From positions 496,001 to 560,000 of the forward strand of contig JASANG010003092.1 in the NCBI GenBank assembly GCA_030248215.1: a stretch of 64,000 bases of DNA, read 5' to 3'. The first letter of the stretch is position 1; each line of letters begins with the position of its first letter. The notes beneath the pieces were generated by a model. The model saw only the letters and a program-made list of their open reading frames with translations. It made no database searches and was not told the DNA's origin. The position numbers were made by a program, and so were the translations under genes. The stretch is from Enoplolaimus lenunculus (lineage: Eukaryota). Below are positions 36,401 to 47,900 of the stretch, in pieces.

Positions 36401-39400
36401 GCCTACTTATTCCTAAACGTAAGCGGAAACATAAACGTCATCCTAAGCCTAATACTTAGGCAACTCAAAATTCTTAGAATTGATAGACGTTGAGCGGTGA
36501 AAATTTAGTATAACTTTGTCACAATCGAGAAAGCTCGAACCACAATATTTACTTTCAACTTTGGCTTGAATTTCAAATATGCCACTTGCACCATAGCGGT
36601 TATGTGCTTGACACGTATAGATACCAGCATGTTTGTGAGTGACCTGAAAATTTCCAAATTGAGTTTATTATCAACCTTAAAGGGGAGCGGTGCAGAATCC
36701 CAGCAAAAGAGGGCCCAAACTTTATCAACCAGGTTAGAAAATTATAAATAAATTTCTTTAGCTACTGCAATTTTGCCAATTTTTCGCTCCTTATATACGC
36801 CTACGTGCACAAAATTTGCTTGCGAAACAAGTTGGCGGCGCAATCACCCTCCATTGTTGCACATACGTGCCGGAGCCTATTATATTCTCGACCCGTGTAT
36901 TACCAAATGTCTGTAGAACCTATCACCAGTTTGCGATAAACCTTATAGTTTTCTAACCAGTGAATGGTGAGGTTAAAAATTAAGCACATTTTTGCATTTG
37001 ATTTGATCTACTTCTGTATCGATTATGAGATTAGTAATTGCATGTGTTCGTTTGGTTTTAAATGCTATTGCTAACCTGTTATATATGCTGTACACATTTG
37101 AGAATACAGACCCTGAATACAAGTGGAAAGCAGCAAAAATGCCGCGGTTTTGGTTTTAGTCGTTATACTTAAAAAATAGTGCGACCTCTGATGCAATCTA
37201 AGTCAGCCTGTTTCGATTTCACCAGGGGTAGATCATAATCCAAGCCAATGAGGCCGAGCCCTCAGGGCCCGCGTGTTCCAGAGCCCATGACAACTGTTCT
37301 GAAAATAAAATTTCGAGAGAAGAACGATATTTTTGCACCCATGTTTTTCATCAAACCGTTTTCTGCGGTCTGCGAGACAACTCTACTCCAAGGACAGTTT
37401 CGATCGATCATAATTCGATCATGGATTTGAGCATAATATCACTGGTGTTACAGTAACCCAAAACCCTTAACACTCGCACAGCGCAAGTTGTTTACTTTTT
37501 TAATATTTAATTCATGATCAGTATCATTCAGTTGTACTGCTCCGCCAATTTTGTGCCATTCGACCTTCTGAAATCGGAGAAATTAGCGAAAAACAAAACG
37601 TATAAATGACGCCTTTTTTCGAAAACTACTAAAAATAGTATGTTATCTTTAATCATAAACTAATAAATGCCGCACTAACATTTCCATGTTGAACACCGAA
37701 CGCAACACATAGTAGGGCTCGCATGGAAGTGTTGAATGGAACCCCATGGGGCCGGATGGGATGAGGCGGATTTGGCCGCCCAGTTAGGCAGGCCTCAAAA
37801 TATGAGGCAAAATTCAAACGATAAATTTTCCCTCGGTTTTGAAATTTTTACTACAACAGTAAAGCTTGAATTTTTTCGGCACGTTGACTTTCTAAAATTT
37901 TGATTGTTGAATCAAATTTTACTGGTCGGCCGCTTGGTTAATTCAGAACAAAAGGTGCTTAAAAAATAAAAGCCGCCGCGAGATGATAGAATAATTGTAA
38001 AACAATATAAAAATCAACATAAAAAGCACTGAAATGATGTAAATTGTTGCTGTATATAACTGCTATTTCAGTGAGACAGCTGGGGTGGGTATGACTTTTT
38101 TCAATAGAACCGCATAAGCGGCTACAAAACACGTCGGAGAAGCGGGGTGTGGTGGTCGCGCGGTTGTGCCACTTTCATCTTTGTGTTGGTTTAAGTAAGC
38201 GGCAATCATTGCAGGTTTTTGGGGGTGCCCCCTCCTTTGTCTGAATGGAAATTTTTTCAACAGCGTGTCTAAAATACGTATTGTAGTGACCCGAATAAGA
38301 GGGGAAACTAATATTTGTTTGGCCTCTCCAGAGAATGTCCCCCTGTTAGTCGGTTACGGACTACTATTTGTTTTTAGCCCGCCCTTCATTACTGATGTAT
38401 CCGGTATTGCCACTATCTGTTGAATTTAACTTATTTGTTTAGTATCAAAAGTTTGAGCGATAATGCAATACTAAGAGGGTACTTTTTAAACTTTAAGTAT
38501 GCTTTAACGTTTCGAACTCAACCGGATCCAGTGTTGGAGTCATTTATGCACAACAGTTTGGGATAATTGATATTTATGGATTCTAATTCAGGTTTAGGGA
38601 CACTATCCGATTAAAGACTTATTAGAGATACGAACTCCTATTGTCTGTAACTTAAAATTGGGACCCCGCCCTCTAATTACCCCCTCTTATAACGGTCACT
38701 ACAAAATGTAACTTTCGGCATACGCTAGGGGCGTGCAGAAATTTGTCTGGGGGTTACCCAAAAATTTCGGGGCGCCCCTACAACTGCAACTCAAGATTGT
38801 TTACTTTTAGACCGAGTCAATTTGGGGACACACCAGCCAAATTTGGAGGGCACGGCTCCTGAATGCCCCCCGTGGACGAACGTGAATAAACGTTAAAAAC
38901 TGACCCTTGGCTACAACTTCTAATAGAATCCTTTCCAATGTGTCCCCTTCTTCCACTACGGTGGCCCTGGGAAGCTGTGAGACCGAACCCCCGTGTCGTT
39001 TCAATAAAGTCGCGGCTTGGGCGCGATTCAGTTTAGGCATTGCATTAATAGTGTGTTTATTCTGCTTCTCGCTCGCTTATCCCCAAATGTGTATTGGTGA
39101 AGTGTTGGGGGGCGGCGGAAAGGTGCGTGCGCCCCCCCCGAACACTTTACCAATACACATTTGGGGTTAAGCGAGCGAGAAGCAGAATAAGCATTATTAT
39201 GCGTGCGCCCCCTCCCCCCCCCTTCGGTGGTATATCATGCCGCTGGTTCGTTGAGGATAGTGAGAAAAATTACGAAACTCACCTGAGCAACCGGATGCGA
39301 ATCAATATCACATGTGAGCGATCCCTTATGCGATAAAGGCAACGTTTGTATATTTTTTGTACTTCTCAGGATTTGTGGTAAATCTAAAATATGTTGGCTG

Positions 39401-42400
39401 AGTTTAGACTCACACAATTGTATTTCGATTCAATTGCCGATTTTAGTTTGCTAAATTTTGGCCGCTAGGATTTACCTTTTTGGTATCATCTTATGCCATT
39501 AACGTTGCTTAACGAGGTTTTCCTCCGGGCGTGGAGGGCAGGGTGGCTCGCCCCCCTGGAAAAATTTTGGCCTCCTCTAGAAATATTTCAGCATTGCTTG
39601 TAAGTCATTGAAAATCCTTGTATGCCCCGGCTGAAAACTTTTACCCCCTCCCAGCGAGGTGAGCTGGCAAACGATCCTGTTTTCGTCACAGTTCCGGGTT
39701 ACATTTGGTAATTGGTACAAAAAATTGTTAGCCTAAGAATTAATTAAAAAAATTGCTAACTTACAATGCACATCGAGGTTTGCCGTACGACTTCTGGATG
39801 CTCCAAATCGGTTATTTGCTTCACATTCGTAGTCACCGGCATCTGATTTGGTAACCGGGTTAATTTCCATACTACCATTGGTCTAAAACTGAAGTACATT
39901 AATCAAAAAGATCTTAAAATGCCGCTATACTTGTTTGTGTGGCACCGGTCGCGTACGATACCGCACAGTCATAGACCGTGACGGACATCGCCACGCGACA
40001 ATAAACACTTAAGGTTTAGGCTAATTTTTTGCTCAGTCTTAGGAAAAATTATAAGCTTATCCTTATACGCCGAGACCTAGACTTAGGTTTAGGCTTAGGA
40101 ATATGCTTATACTGCCGTTAGGTTTATGATAAAAACACTGACAAAAAATGGTGTCAAATTTAAGCATTTTAAACGGATTCAAGCAAAAATTAGCAAATTT
40201 ATACGGTCTTGTTACAAAAGCTTACATGAACTTTAGCTCGAAGTCCAAGCGAACTTGCGAAAATGATATCTTTGCCACGCGTTAACCATCGATAATTGAT
40301 CGGCACCGGTCTTCCGGTAGCAAAACATGTCCACACGAAGCGACTACCAGCCAACGCGGATACATTTGCGGGCTCTTGAACAAATGTTGGAGGTCCTGAA
40401 ATAAAAATTAACAACGGTTCAAAACGCTAATACCGCAAAAATAGTCGAACAGTTTCGGATTTTATTTAAAAAGTCCTATTTTAGCTTACTTTTGGGAATT
40501 TAATACGTCTGAACGGAAAGCTATTAACACTCTATCATTAATAACTCTCTAAATGTTTAAACTATCTTGAGTTAAGCTTAACCTAATCCAGTAGTATTAA
40601 ACTAACTTTCTAGAATAACTGAACTAACCGGTAGGACTACGCTTAAACTAATTTAAAATCTTACGTATTTTTAGTTTAAGCTAAACTTAGTGAAGTCTTT
40701 TATACACATAATTTTTGGGCAGCACTTTTTGCTTAATCTAAAAATAAGTTCACTTAAACTCGTGTTAAACTTAAAAAATGCTAGTTTAAGTAAAACTTAA
40801 AATTCTAGTTTAGTTAGTCCGTCCAGCCATTTGAGTTTTACTTACACTAATATTCAAGTTTAGTTAAGCTGTAATTTAAGTTTAAGCTTTTAGAGAAAAC
40901 CTTGTCTCAAATCTATTTTAAGGAAATTCAATACCGAGTTTCACACCAGTCGTTGCGATACCATGGTGTATAATTGGTAATTTAAACCAGTGATGCTTAA
41001 ACGGTTTTGATGGTTTCGAACAAACACCTTTCCATCAAAACAGCTATTGGAAACCTCTAGAAACTAAATGCAAATCAACTTTACTCGTGAGAAATTCTAA
41101 TTATCTTAATTTTAGGTTTACTGGGACTCCAGACAAATATTTTAGGGTGTCTGCGGACACTTCGAACCTCGTTTGCATGTGAAAATATATCTTTACCAGC
41201 TAAGCAGTCATAGACCTACAGACGCACAAAGTTTAAAATAGGGTGTCCGCAGACACTTCGAATTTCGTTTGCATGTGGAAATATATCTTTACCAGGTTAA
41301 GCAGTCATAGACCTACAGACGCACAAAGTTTAAAACGATCACCCGTCATGCCATAACAAATATAGTAAACTTTTTAAATTTTGATTATTGATTACTGAAC
41401 TGTGGCAATTAGTGACATGACTATTTCGGCAAATCCCATTCTACCTTTATTGCCTCAAAGTGAAAATTTGACATAATTTTTACAGCTGAAACCAAAACTA
41501 GTACAGCGACCAAAAATTTGTTTCTAAAAATGGTTACAAATTTCAAGTCAGGAACCATTTGCCTAAGATTGTCGTTCAACTAAACTTTGCCGTTTGATTC
41601 ATACCTGCAAATACAACGGTTGTTCCTTTTTGCACACTGCCAACTTGATTACGTGCAATACATGCATACGAACCGTTATCGCCTGCACGCAAATCCCTGA
41701 TATGCATGCGATTCGGTGTAATCAAGCGTTGCGTTGAATTTTTGAGGTAAACACCGTCCTACAAACTAATTTTATCCTTTTTGGTAATACAATCGAAACT
41801 GTTGGCTCCTACACAAACGCAATGCTTGGTTTACAATATTGATCTTTCCTCTAAACTATATATGTCGTAAAGGTAGGGCGAACACATGACAAAATTCAAA
41901 TTTATTTTTAACCTTTTCTTACATGAATATTGTCTATTTCGTATATTACGGATTAATTTCAAATCAAGATCTAATAGCAGCATCACGGGTGGACCGCGTG
42001 TTACCATCACCGAACAGCTGTCGGAGTTTGGCACAAGAATCCGAGAGTGCTCTCACGTATTGTGGAGATTTTGTACTGAATATGCGCGTAGTTATTGTAA
42101 AACATTGCGTATCGTGTATTACCTCACGTATACAGTTGCGCAAAGCTGCTCACAGTATACTCTTTGTCAGAAACGGTTAATATTTGCATGCAGGTAGAAA
42201 GGCATCAAACTCTGATGCCATAAAAATATAAAACAGTTTGCAAGTAGAACTAAAATGAACCGTTCATTAAATGGCGAAAAGTATTTAAGCTTTCAGTTAC
42301 GGCGTTCATAACAAAATACACTGATTTTTCAACGTGAACTCCACTATGTCGTTCTGCTAAAATTAAGGTTACAAACCGGATACTCTGGAAGCATATACTC

Positions 42401-45357
42401 TAAAATCTAGGGTCATAAATACGCAAGCAGGCGACAGTGACCGTGCTTTACCCACCCCGTGGTCCCAAAAATCTTCCGGTGGCACAAGCGAAACCTATAT
42501 TATACAGCTTTTTGTTGCCCTCTAAAAGTCTCGCTGCCTCCTCTGCGAACAATTTCTGGTTACGGAGCAGTTTAAATCTCACAAGAAAGCCAGTCCCAGA
42601 GAGCCTAGTAACTTGGTAGGAAGCTACTACATTGTATCTGGAGACACATGCAAAAATTTCTCAGAAGCTGCAAGCAGCCGGGTGCATGCAACGATTTCTC
42701 ATGACTTACAAGCGAAGTGAAAAGTTTTCTAGGAAGAGGTATAAAAATTCCACAAAGTTTAGTCTGTCTGGACCGGGCCGTCTGGCTGCAGGTCCGCATT
42801 GAAATGTCGTTTTGTACCTTTATCCAAAACATTTCCGGTGTTGGCCGCCCAGTTGCATTACACGTAAGCGTTAACGAATCACCGATGATTTTGTACAATA
42901 CTCCGTCTGTTTCAGTACTATCGCTAACCGCTGAGTGTATTTGAGGTTTTGCTGAAATAAGTCTTGTCATCTGTGTTAAAAAGCAACCAAGTTTCAGCCT
43001 TTAATATGTATAGGTTACGAGTTGTGCCCATCAGGGTGCAGCCGTAATTAACCAATACCGGGCACAGAATCAGAAGCGGATAGTGACACTAATACCTGGT
43101 TTTCTACCGGAGTTTAACCAAATAGTATAAAAATAACTTTCATTGAAGCATTGATTTTGAGCAAAATTTAAACTAAAACCACTACACTAGAATTCGGTAG
43201 TAGTCTGCCGAAAAAGCTTCAAACTAATTCTGAGGTAAAAATTTCAAAACCGAGAGAAATTAATCATCCTATTTTTGCTCTATTTCTGTCCCATAAATGG
43301 CGAATCAAGTCATCTAAGCTGTTCTCAATTTTACTTAACAACCACATCAGCCAGAAACAACTTTAAAAACACTTAGCGCCTTAATACCATACCATTTTTT
43401 ACATATACTCCTGTATAAATTGCAAATTTCATTTTGACCCATTAATGAAAGTTAAATGGTGATAATATTAAACCCTAATACAATAGTTCATGTTTCAAAT
43501 CAATATAAGTTGTTTGGTTAGGTATATATATATGCTGCGTTGAATAATCGTTAGTAACGTTTGACTAATTATGTTTTAAGAGGCAAAATTTTGGTCGTTT
43601 TCTCCGAAATTACCTGTACCAATCAAAACTTTACAAATCACCAGTATTGTGTTTCATGATTTAAAATAAACGCCAGGACCAGGACATGGAAATTCACAAA
43701 GCCAAAACTCGGACCCGGAACTTTGTCAAACCCCAAATCCGGATCCGCAATTTTTTGGTGAAAATACCTGGAATAACCGGAATACTCGGGCGCTAATACA
43801 ACGCTACACCAATGTATGTGTTAGATATAAGGTTGCAATAGGCAATGCTTACATCGAACATTTACCGCGATCAGGGGGCCTCGTAATTGTTCGGGCGGCG
43901 AAAACAAATCTAACTCGCACCGAAAGTTGCCTTCATCCGATAGTTTGACGTCGATTAGCTGTAGAGCGAAATTATGCTGATCAACTGTGGCACGACCTGA
44001 AACCTGTTGAATAATTTCAGAATTTATTCAAATTTTTGGCTCAGTGAATTGAGTTTTATAAATTTTGCAAAATATTTTTTACCTGAAATGTAAAAACAAG
44101 TAATATTCAGCGCCTGGCTCATAGCCATCTTAACCTTGCTAAGTGGTGATAAAAATTATTGCGGAGGTGCATACAATGATTTTTGTTGACTTACAAGTAA
44201 TGCATTTAAATGTTAACAATCACAATAATGCTACTTATAGCAAATCTTGAATTAATTCGGGTAGACGACTACTTGCATCAGTGTTGTAACGCTTAGTTTG
44301 TTAAGAAATTTTCACAATATTATGAGTACACCAGGCGAGTTTTGAGGGGGTAGTGCGCAGTATAATGAAGTTGCCAATTTAATCATGTTATCAGAAAGTG
44401 TACCAATTTTGAGCTTATACTCCTAAGTCCACCAATGAAGAATTTCAATTGACCTCTGCGTAGGTATTTGTTAAATCTTGGACCTTTAAAGGTCAGTCTA
44501 CTTTCTGACTTAAGTGTAAAATTCAGTTAAGTCAGAAATCGAGTCACGCTTTCTGTTTCTGTGACCCAGCGAATATCGGGCAAAATCAAGTGCCGGGATT
44601 TGTTTTTATCTTCAATGTAACGAGGCTATCCCAACCCCGAAACAAAGAAATCTTAACAGGGAATGCAATAAGACTTTCAGAGCGGTAAGGAATACTTTCT
44701 TAACAGAATTTTTTAAACCAATTGAGAAAACTTTCGGCCAAGGCACGAGAAGCTATTAGTAAAGTGGTCCGTAGGTGAGGGTCTGCACCGTCCAGGTCCA
44801 ATTGTTGGTTTTATCTCGGTCCATATTCCAAATGTGCATAGCAACCTATCATCAATTAACGATAAGTTTTCAAAGTGACGAACTCTTGCAATTGCGGATC
44901 TCAAGACTGATACCGAAGTAGGACAAACTAAAACCCGAAAAATGTGCTGAATTTAGAACATGACCATTTACACTGGTTCGACAGTTACAAGACCTATCAT
45001 CAACTGGTGATAGATTTAATAGCCATTCGTGAATACGGACGCCTCAACCAGGAACGAACCTTGATAACCTTCAGCAGCGGACCCACCGCGTGGCGCAGCG
45101 ATTCTCGATTGACTGTATATCACTCCACGTTTCGAATGCGTCCATCGTAACAAATACGGCCGTTTCAGGCGTGTTCCTTTTTTCAACGATTTTAAAATGT
45201 CTAATTCACAAGACAGCCGCAGTGGAGACGTTGTAAGGGCGTTTACGTGCCGAACAACTCCAGATTCGTCAACGGCAGGCGCCATTTGATTTGTTGAGTT
45301 AGGAAATACTTGGCTAGAAATTAGCTCAGTGCGGACCTTTAGTCGACGAACACTGTT
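19071..45357 (-). CDS. tutl: Turtle/IGSF9-family cell adhesion molecule (5 Ig, 2 FN3, TM, long cytoplasmic tail); spliced, 5' end unresolved
   Basis: Phase-compatible GT-AG exons (minus strand): 45357(or 45352)-45060, 43996-43853 (Ig1); 42951-42818, 41758-41605 (Ig2); 40395-40226, 39882-39765 (Ig3); 39383-39283, 37567-37496, 36643-36553 (Ig4); 36318-36203, 35164-34972 (Ig5); 34242-34131, 33208-33039 (FN3-1); 32231-32154 (linker); 31335-31194, 30069-29660 (FN3-2); 29324-29097 (TM); 28585-28519, 25194-24530, 23586-23553 (tentative), 21426-19071 (tail). The architecture and motifs such as TSPQAPVNL..WIPGYNGG and AGIAGGFLF resemble Turtle/IGSF9. Confidence 0.8.
22738..22983. mobile_element. CAC-ended MITE
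   Basis: cactcaaaataatattt ... aaatacttttttgagtg inverted ends with agaaa subterminal repeats. Confidence 0.6.
24294..24397. mobile_element. Minimal copy of the TTAGGC-carrying MITE showing both TIRs
   Basis: gacccatgtaaaaagcaggggcgga ... tccgctcctgatctttacatgagcc. Confidence 0.6.
24530..25194 (-). CDS. Turtle-like gene cytoplasmic exon
   Basis: Overlaps the 239-aa ORF; ttttaag acceptor (phase 2, matches exon 28585-28519); G|GTTTGA donor. Confidence 0.6.
26477..26920 (+). mobile_element. TA-TSD MITE family A
   Basis: TA|ctgtagtgacccgaataa ... ttattcgggtcaccatag|TA. Confidence 0.9.
27063..27243. mobile_element. Small inverted-repeat element with central TTAGGC-like array
   Basis: ttcgtcgcccgacaaattgt ... 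gcttaagcttaggcttacgcttagg ... acaagttgccggtcgacgaa. Confidence 0.5.
27680..27939 (+). mobile_element. piggyBac-like TTAA MITE (family E) with tRNA-like internal cassette
   Basis: ataa|ccctctc ... atattcatgtgagaaaggg|TTAA; internal TAGCTCAGTGG and GGTTCGAAT boxes. Confidence 0.7.
29097..29324 (-). CDS. Turtle-like gene transmembrane exon (AIIAGIAGGFLFLLLCVLLCLLAI-RIAK)
   Basis: Hydrophobic stretch followed by basic residues; tttag acceptor phase 1. Confidence 0.85.
29660..31335 (-). CDS. Turtle-like FN3 domain 2 (exons 31335-31194 and 30069-29660)
   Basis: PRPPRQLRV..LHLQWEPP..YYVVE ... GLEPGQYYDFKVRA; canonical splice sites. Confidence 0.85.
32378..32535 (-). mobile_element. TTAGGC-carrying MITE copy
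   Basis: Reverse-complement homologue of 11449-11630. Confidence 0.65.
33039..34242 (-). CDS. Turtle-like FN3 domain 1 (exons 34242-34131 and 33208-33039)
   Basis: PQAPVNL..VTLRWIPGYNGG..F.LKYR ... LTDLNPSTRYEFFV..WNQFGVG. Confidence 0.9.
34557..34831. mobile_element. PIF/Harbinger-like MITE, short copy
   Basis: Long TIRs agctctattcaaacgtgcaagtttttgctgcgagaacttgcag / tgcaagttctcgcagcaaaaacttgcacgtgtaaatagggct; flanks tga/taa. Confidence 0.8.
34972..45357 (-). CDS. Turtle-like Ig domains 1-5 (11 exons)
   Basis: Five C..W..D.G.Y.C sets: LSC/RW/DEGNFRC, LTC/FW/DNGSYAC, WTC/RW/DAGDYEC, LTC/EW/HAGIYTC, MVC/TW/DHGEYVC. Confidence 0.9.
38281..38704 (+). mobile_element. TA-TSD MITE family A, diverged copy
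   Basis: ttgtagtgacccgaataagagggg ... cccctcttataacggtcactacaa. Confidence 0.85.
39042..39202. repeat. Near-perfect inverted repeat (foldback), arms ~55-70 bp
   Basis: attctgcttctcgctcgcttatccccaaatgtgtattggtgaagtgtt pairs with aacactttaccaatacacatttggggttaagcgagcgagaagcagaat (2 mismatches). Confidence 0.9.
40546..40897. mobile_element. Degenerate AT-rich MITE with ttaaact/agtttaa subterminal repeats
   Basis: tctctaaatgtttaaact ... agtttaagctttttagaga inverted ends. Confidence 0.45.
41143..41335. repeat. Tandem duplication, 2 x ~96 bp
   Basis: tagggtgtc.gc.gacacttcgaa...gacgcacaaagtttaaaa occurs twice. Confidence 0.9.
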
Positions 45358-46120
45358 CTAAATTGGAACTGTATATTTACAAGGTCGTGTGTTTGCGTAA
45401 TTAGATTTTCGAAGGGAAACATTAAAAAATTATATACTGTTGTATGTGATTAATTAATTATTGAAAATAATTGAGCGGTGTCTAAAATTAATTAAAAGGT
45501 GAATATATGGTGATCATGGCCGGAGTAGCCACCCCCATACCCCCAGCAGGGAGCAACACCCAAAGAGAGGTGCCCACTTCTAAAAAGATTTTAAACAAAA
45601 AATTAGAAAAATATTTTGATCGTCACAAGGCGCCACCACTCTAAAATTATGGAGGGGGCGCCGCAGCCTGCTCCGGCGCTGATAGTGACTGTATCACTAC
45701 TAATTAGCGATTTTCAAGATTATAATTGCCTAGAAAGCTAAATTTATGTAAAGGTAAAATATGTTGAAGACTGTATCTTGAACAATTTCAACTCCACAAA
45801 TCTGATCCAAGGCTACTTCTGAACGTTTTCCTCCTTGAATTCGCCGTTGTATTCATCCCAATATCCGGAAAATGTATTAGTCAGTTGACTAAAACCAGGA
45901 TTTGCTTGTATATAAATAAAGCCAAAAGATATTTAAAGGCGGCAAAAAATTATTCAAAAGATGCTGAAGTTGTCTAAAGACCGGAGAGCAACGCCTTTCC
46001 CCCGTTCAGCTCCCGTGGCCCAGGATCAATTTAAATATGTTACAGCTATAGCCAGTATTTTAAATGTCGGGTAACATAGCTGCATGTTGACAAACTGCTT
46101 CTATCACATATTTACAATAA

Positions 46121-46395
46121 AACAATATTCATACGTGCAAGTTTTTGCTGCGAGAACTTGCAGCTGTAACTTGGAGTTGCAAGTTTTGTCCAAAATACAA
46201 TTTAAAAAACTTGCAGCTGCAAATAATTCATTAAAAATCATAGTTAGGAATTTAGTTCACATGTGTGAATAAAGATGCAGGTTCACTGAATTTATTTCAG
46301 CCGCTTTCTCATTGGCTGATATAAAAATGCAAGTTCTGCATGCAATTTGCAGGTGCAAATTCTCGCAACAAAAACTTGCACGTGTGAGTAGGGCT
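46121..46395. mobile_element. PIF/Harbinger-like MITE, short copy (opposite orientation to 34557)
   Basis: Same TIRs; TAA on both flanks. Confidence 0.8.
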
Positions 46396-47370
46396 TAACA
46401 AAATAGAAAACTTTATCTACCAATGATCCGATTTGCATAATACTAACACTTGTACTTATTTCCACCTCACAAGCCTAAACCTAAGTCCAAACCTAAGCCT
46501 AAAAGACTAAATCCAATTAAGACTTTAGAAATTGTAGGTAATTGTGAATCCAATTACTTTGGCGTTTACAGCCGACCAAGAGGTAATTGCTTGGATTAAC
46601 GCGTAATGAATTATACGAATCGTACTGCGTTGTGGCCGAACGCAACATTCAAAATTCGGTCCTTAGGGATTTAAATGGCCTTCTACGCCAAACATTGTAC
46701 CGGACGAGAGACGAGAACACGGTCGTGAACGTGTATATTTTCAGTTAACAGGAAATTGCAACGGAAAAAACACCGTGTGTTTTGTACTGGGTACTGTATA
46801 CTGCAAAAGTGATGTGCAATATTGAGCAAATTTTGAATTATGACAAATGAGACTGGCCGACGTAGGTGGAACGAAGAGTGTAAGTATGGTAGTATAATTT
46901 TAACCTGTTGCATATTTGCGAAATGATGCATTGTACTACTTGTTTGCTAGCAGTCTCAAGCTTTTAGGGATCTTTTCGGGTATGTTCCCTCCTCTGGCCG
47001 GCGGTTATCCTAACATTGTTGTATTTTGAAAATTTTTGTTATTTGAGTTTCTCATGATCTATCCTTATCATTCCGCATGCAAATTTGAATCTTTGAAACA
47101 TTCGGTTATTTAGCTCCTAGGTAACCGTGGAAACCGAAAAATTTAATCACAAAACCAGCAATTCGTATACCGTTCAACGTAGTGTGGTGAGTTGAGTCGT
47201 TTGGAATGAAAATTTTGTCGCTATTGGACAACCAGGTCTCGAGTTATGGTCAAATAACTGTTCTGGCACTAAGCCTAGGGTCTGGGAAAACGTCAAAATA
47301 GTTATTTGATCGTTAATTGTAAACATGTGAAACTTTAGAAATAACAACTGCGTATAAAAATAAAATTAGC

Positions 47371-47493
47371 AACATTTAAGGTTCTGAATACAATAGACTC
47401 GTAGTTAACTCTTTTTGCTATGGCGGGGTAAAACATTTAAGGTTCTGAATACAATAGACTCGTAGTTAACTCTTTTTGCTATGGCGGGGTAAA
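47371..47493. repeat. Perfect tandem duplication, 2 x 61 bp
   Basis: aacatttaaggttctgaatacaatagactcgtagttaactctttttgctatggcggggtaa occurs twice. Confidence 0.9.
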
Positions 47494-47732
47494 AAATTTT
47501 CCAGGAGGGGCATCCACCACGGAATGCAACCTCGTAAGAACCAAAGTTGGAATGAAAAAATAATCGACGTTTTCCTCACTTTGAGTTTTTCCCTCAAACC
47601 ACACTACAATCGTAGACAAATCTTCATTTCAAAAAGTTCAGCATATGGTGAGATAGACTCGTGTGTTGCTGAAATTATACAAGTCAAATAAACTATGACC
47701 CCTTCCGATATACATTCCTTCCGATCATTCCA

Positions 47733-47900
47733 TCAAGCTATACACTGCCCCAGCGTGACCCCAGGGTAAATTATCTTCTCTAAGGTCCCGCAAGATACAC
47801 CCTACCCCGTGCACACCCAGGTTAAATTATCCTCAGGTCCTACAAGATATACACTACACCAGGTGCGCCCCGTTAGGTACAGTTATCCCCTCTAACGTCG
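47733..47900. repeat. Imperfect minisatellite, 3 x ~55 bp
   Basis: caag.ta.ac.ct.c.cc...agg.taaattatc...ggtcc unit. Confidence 0.65.
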
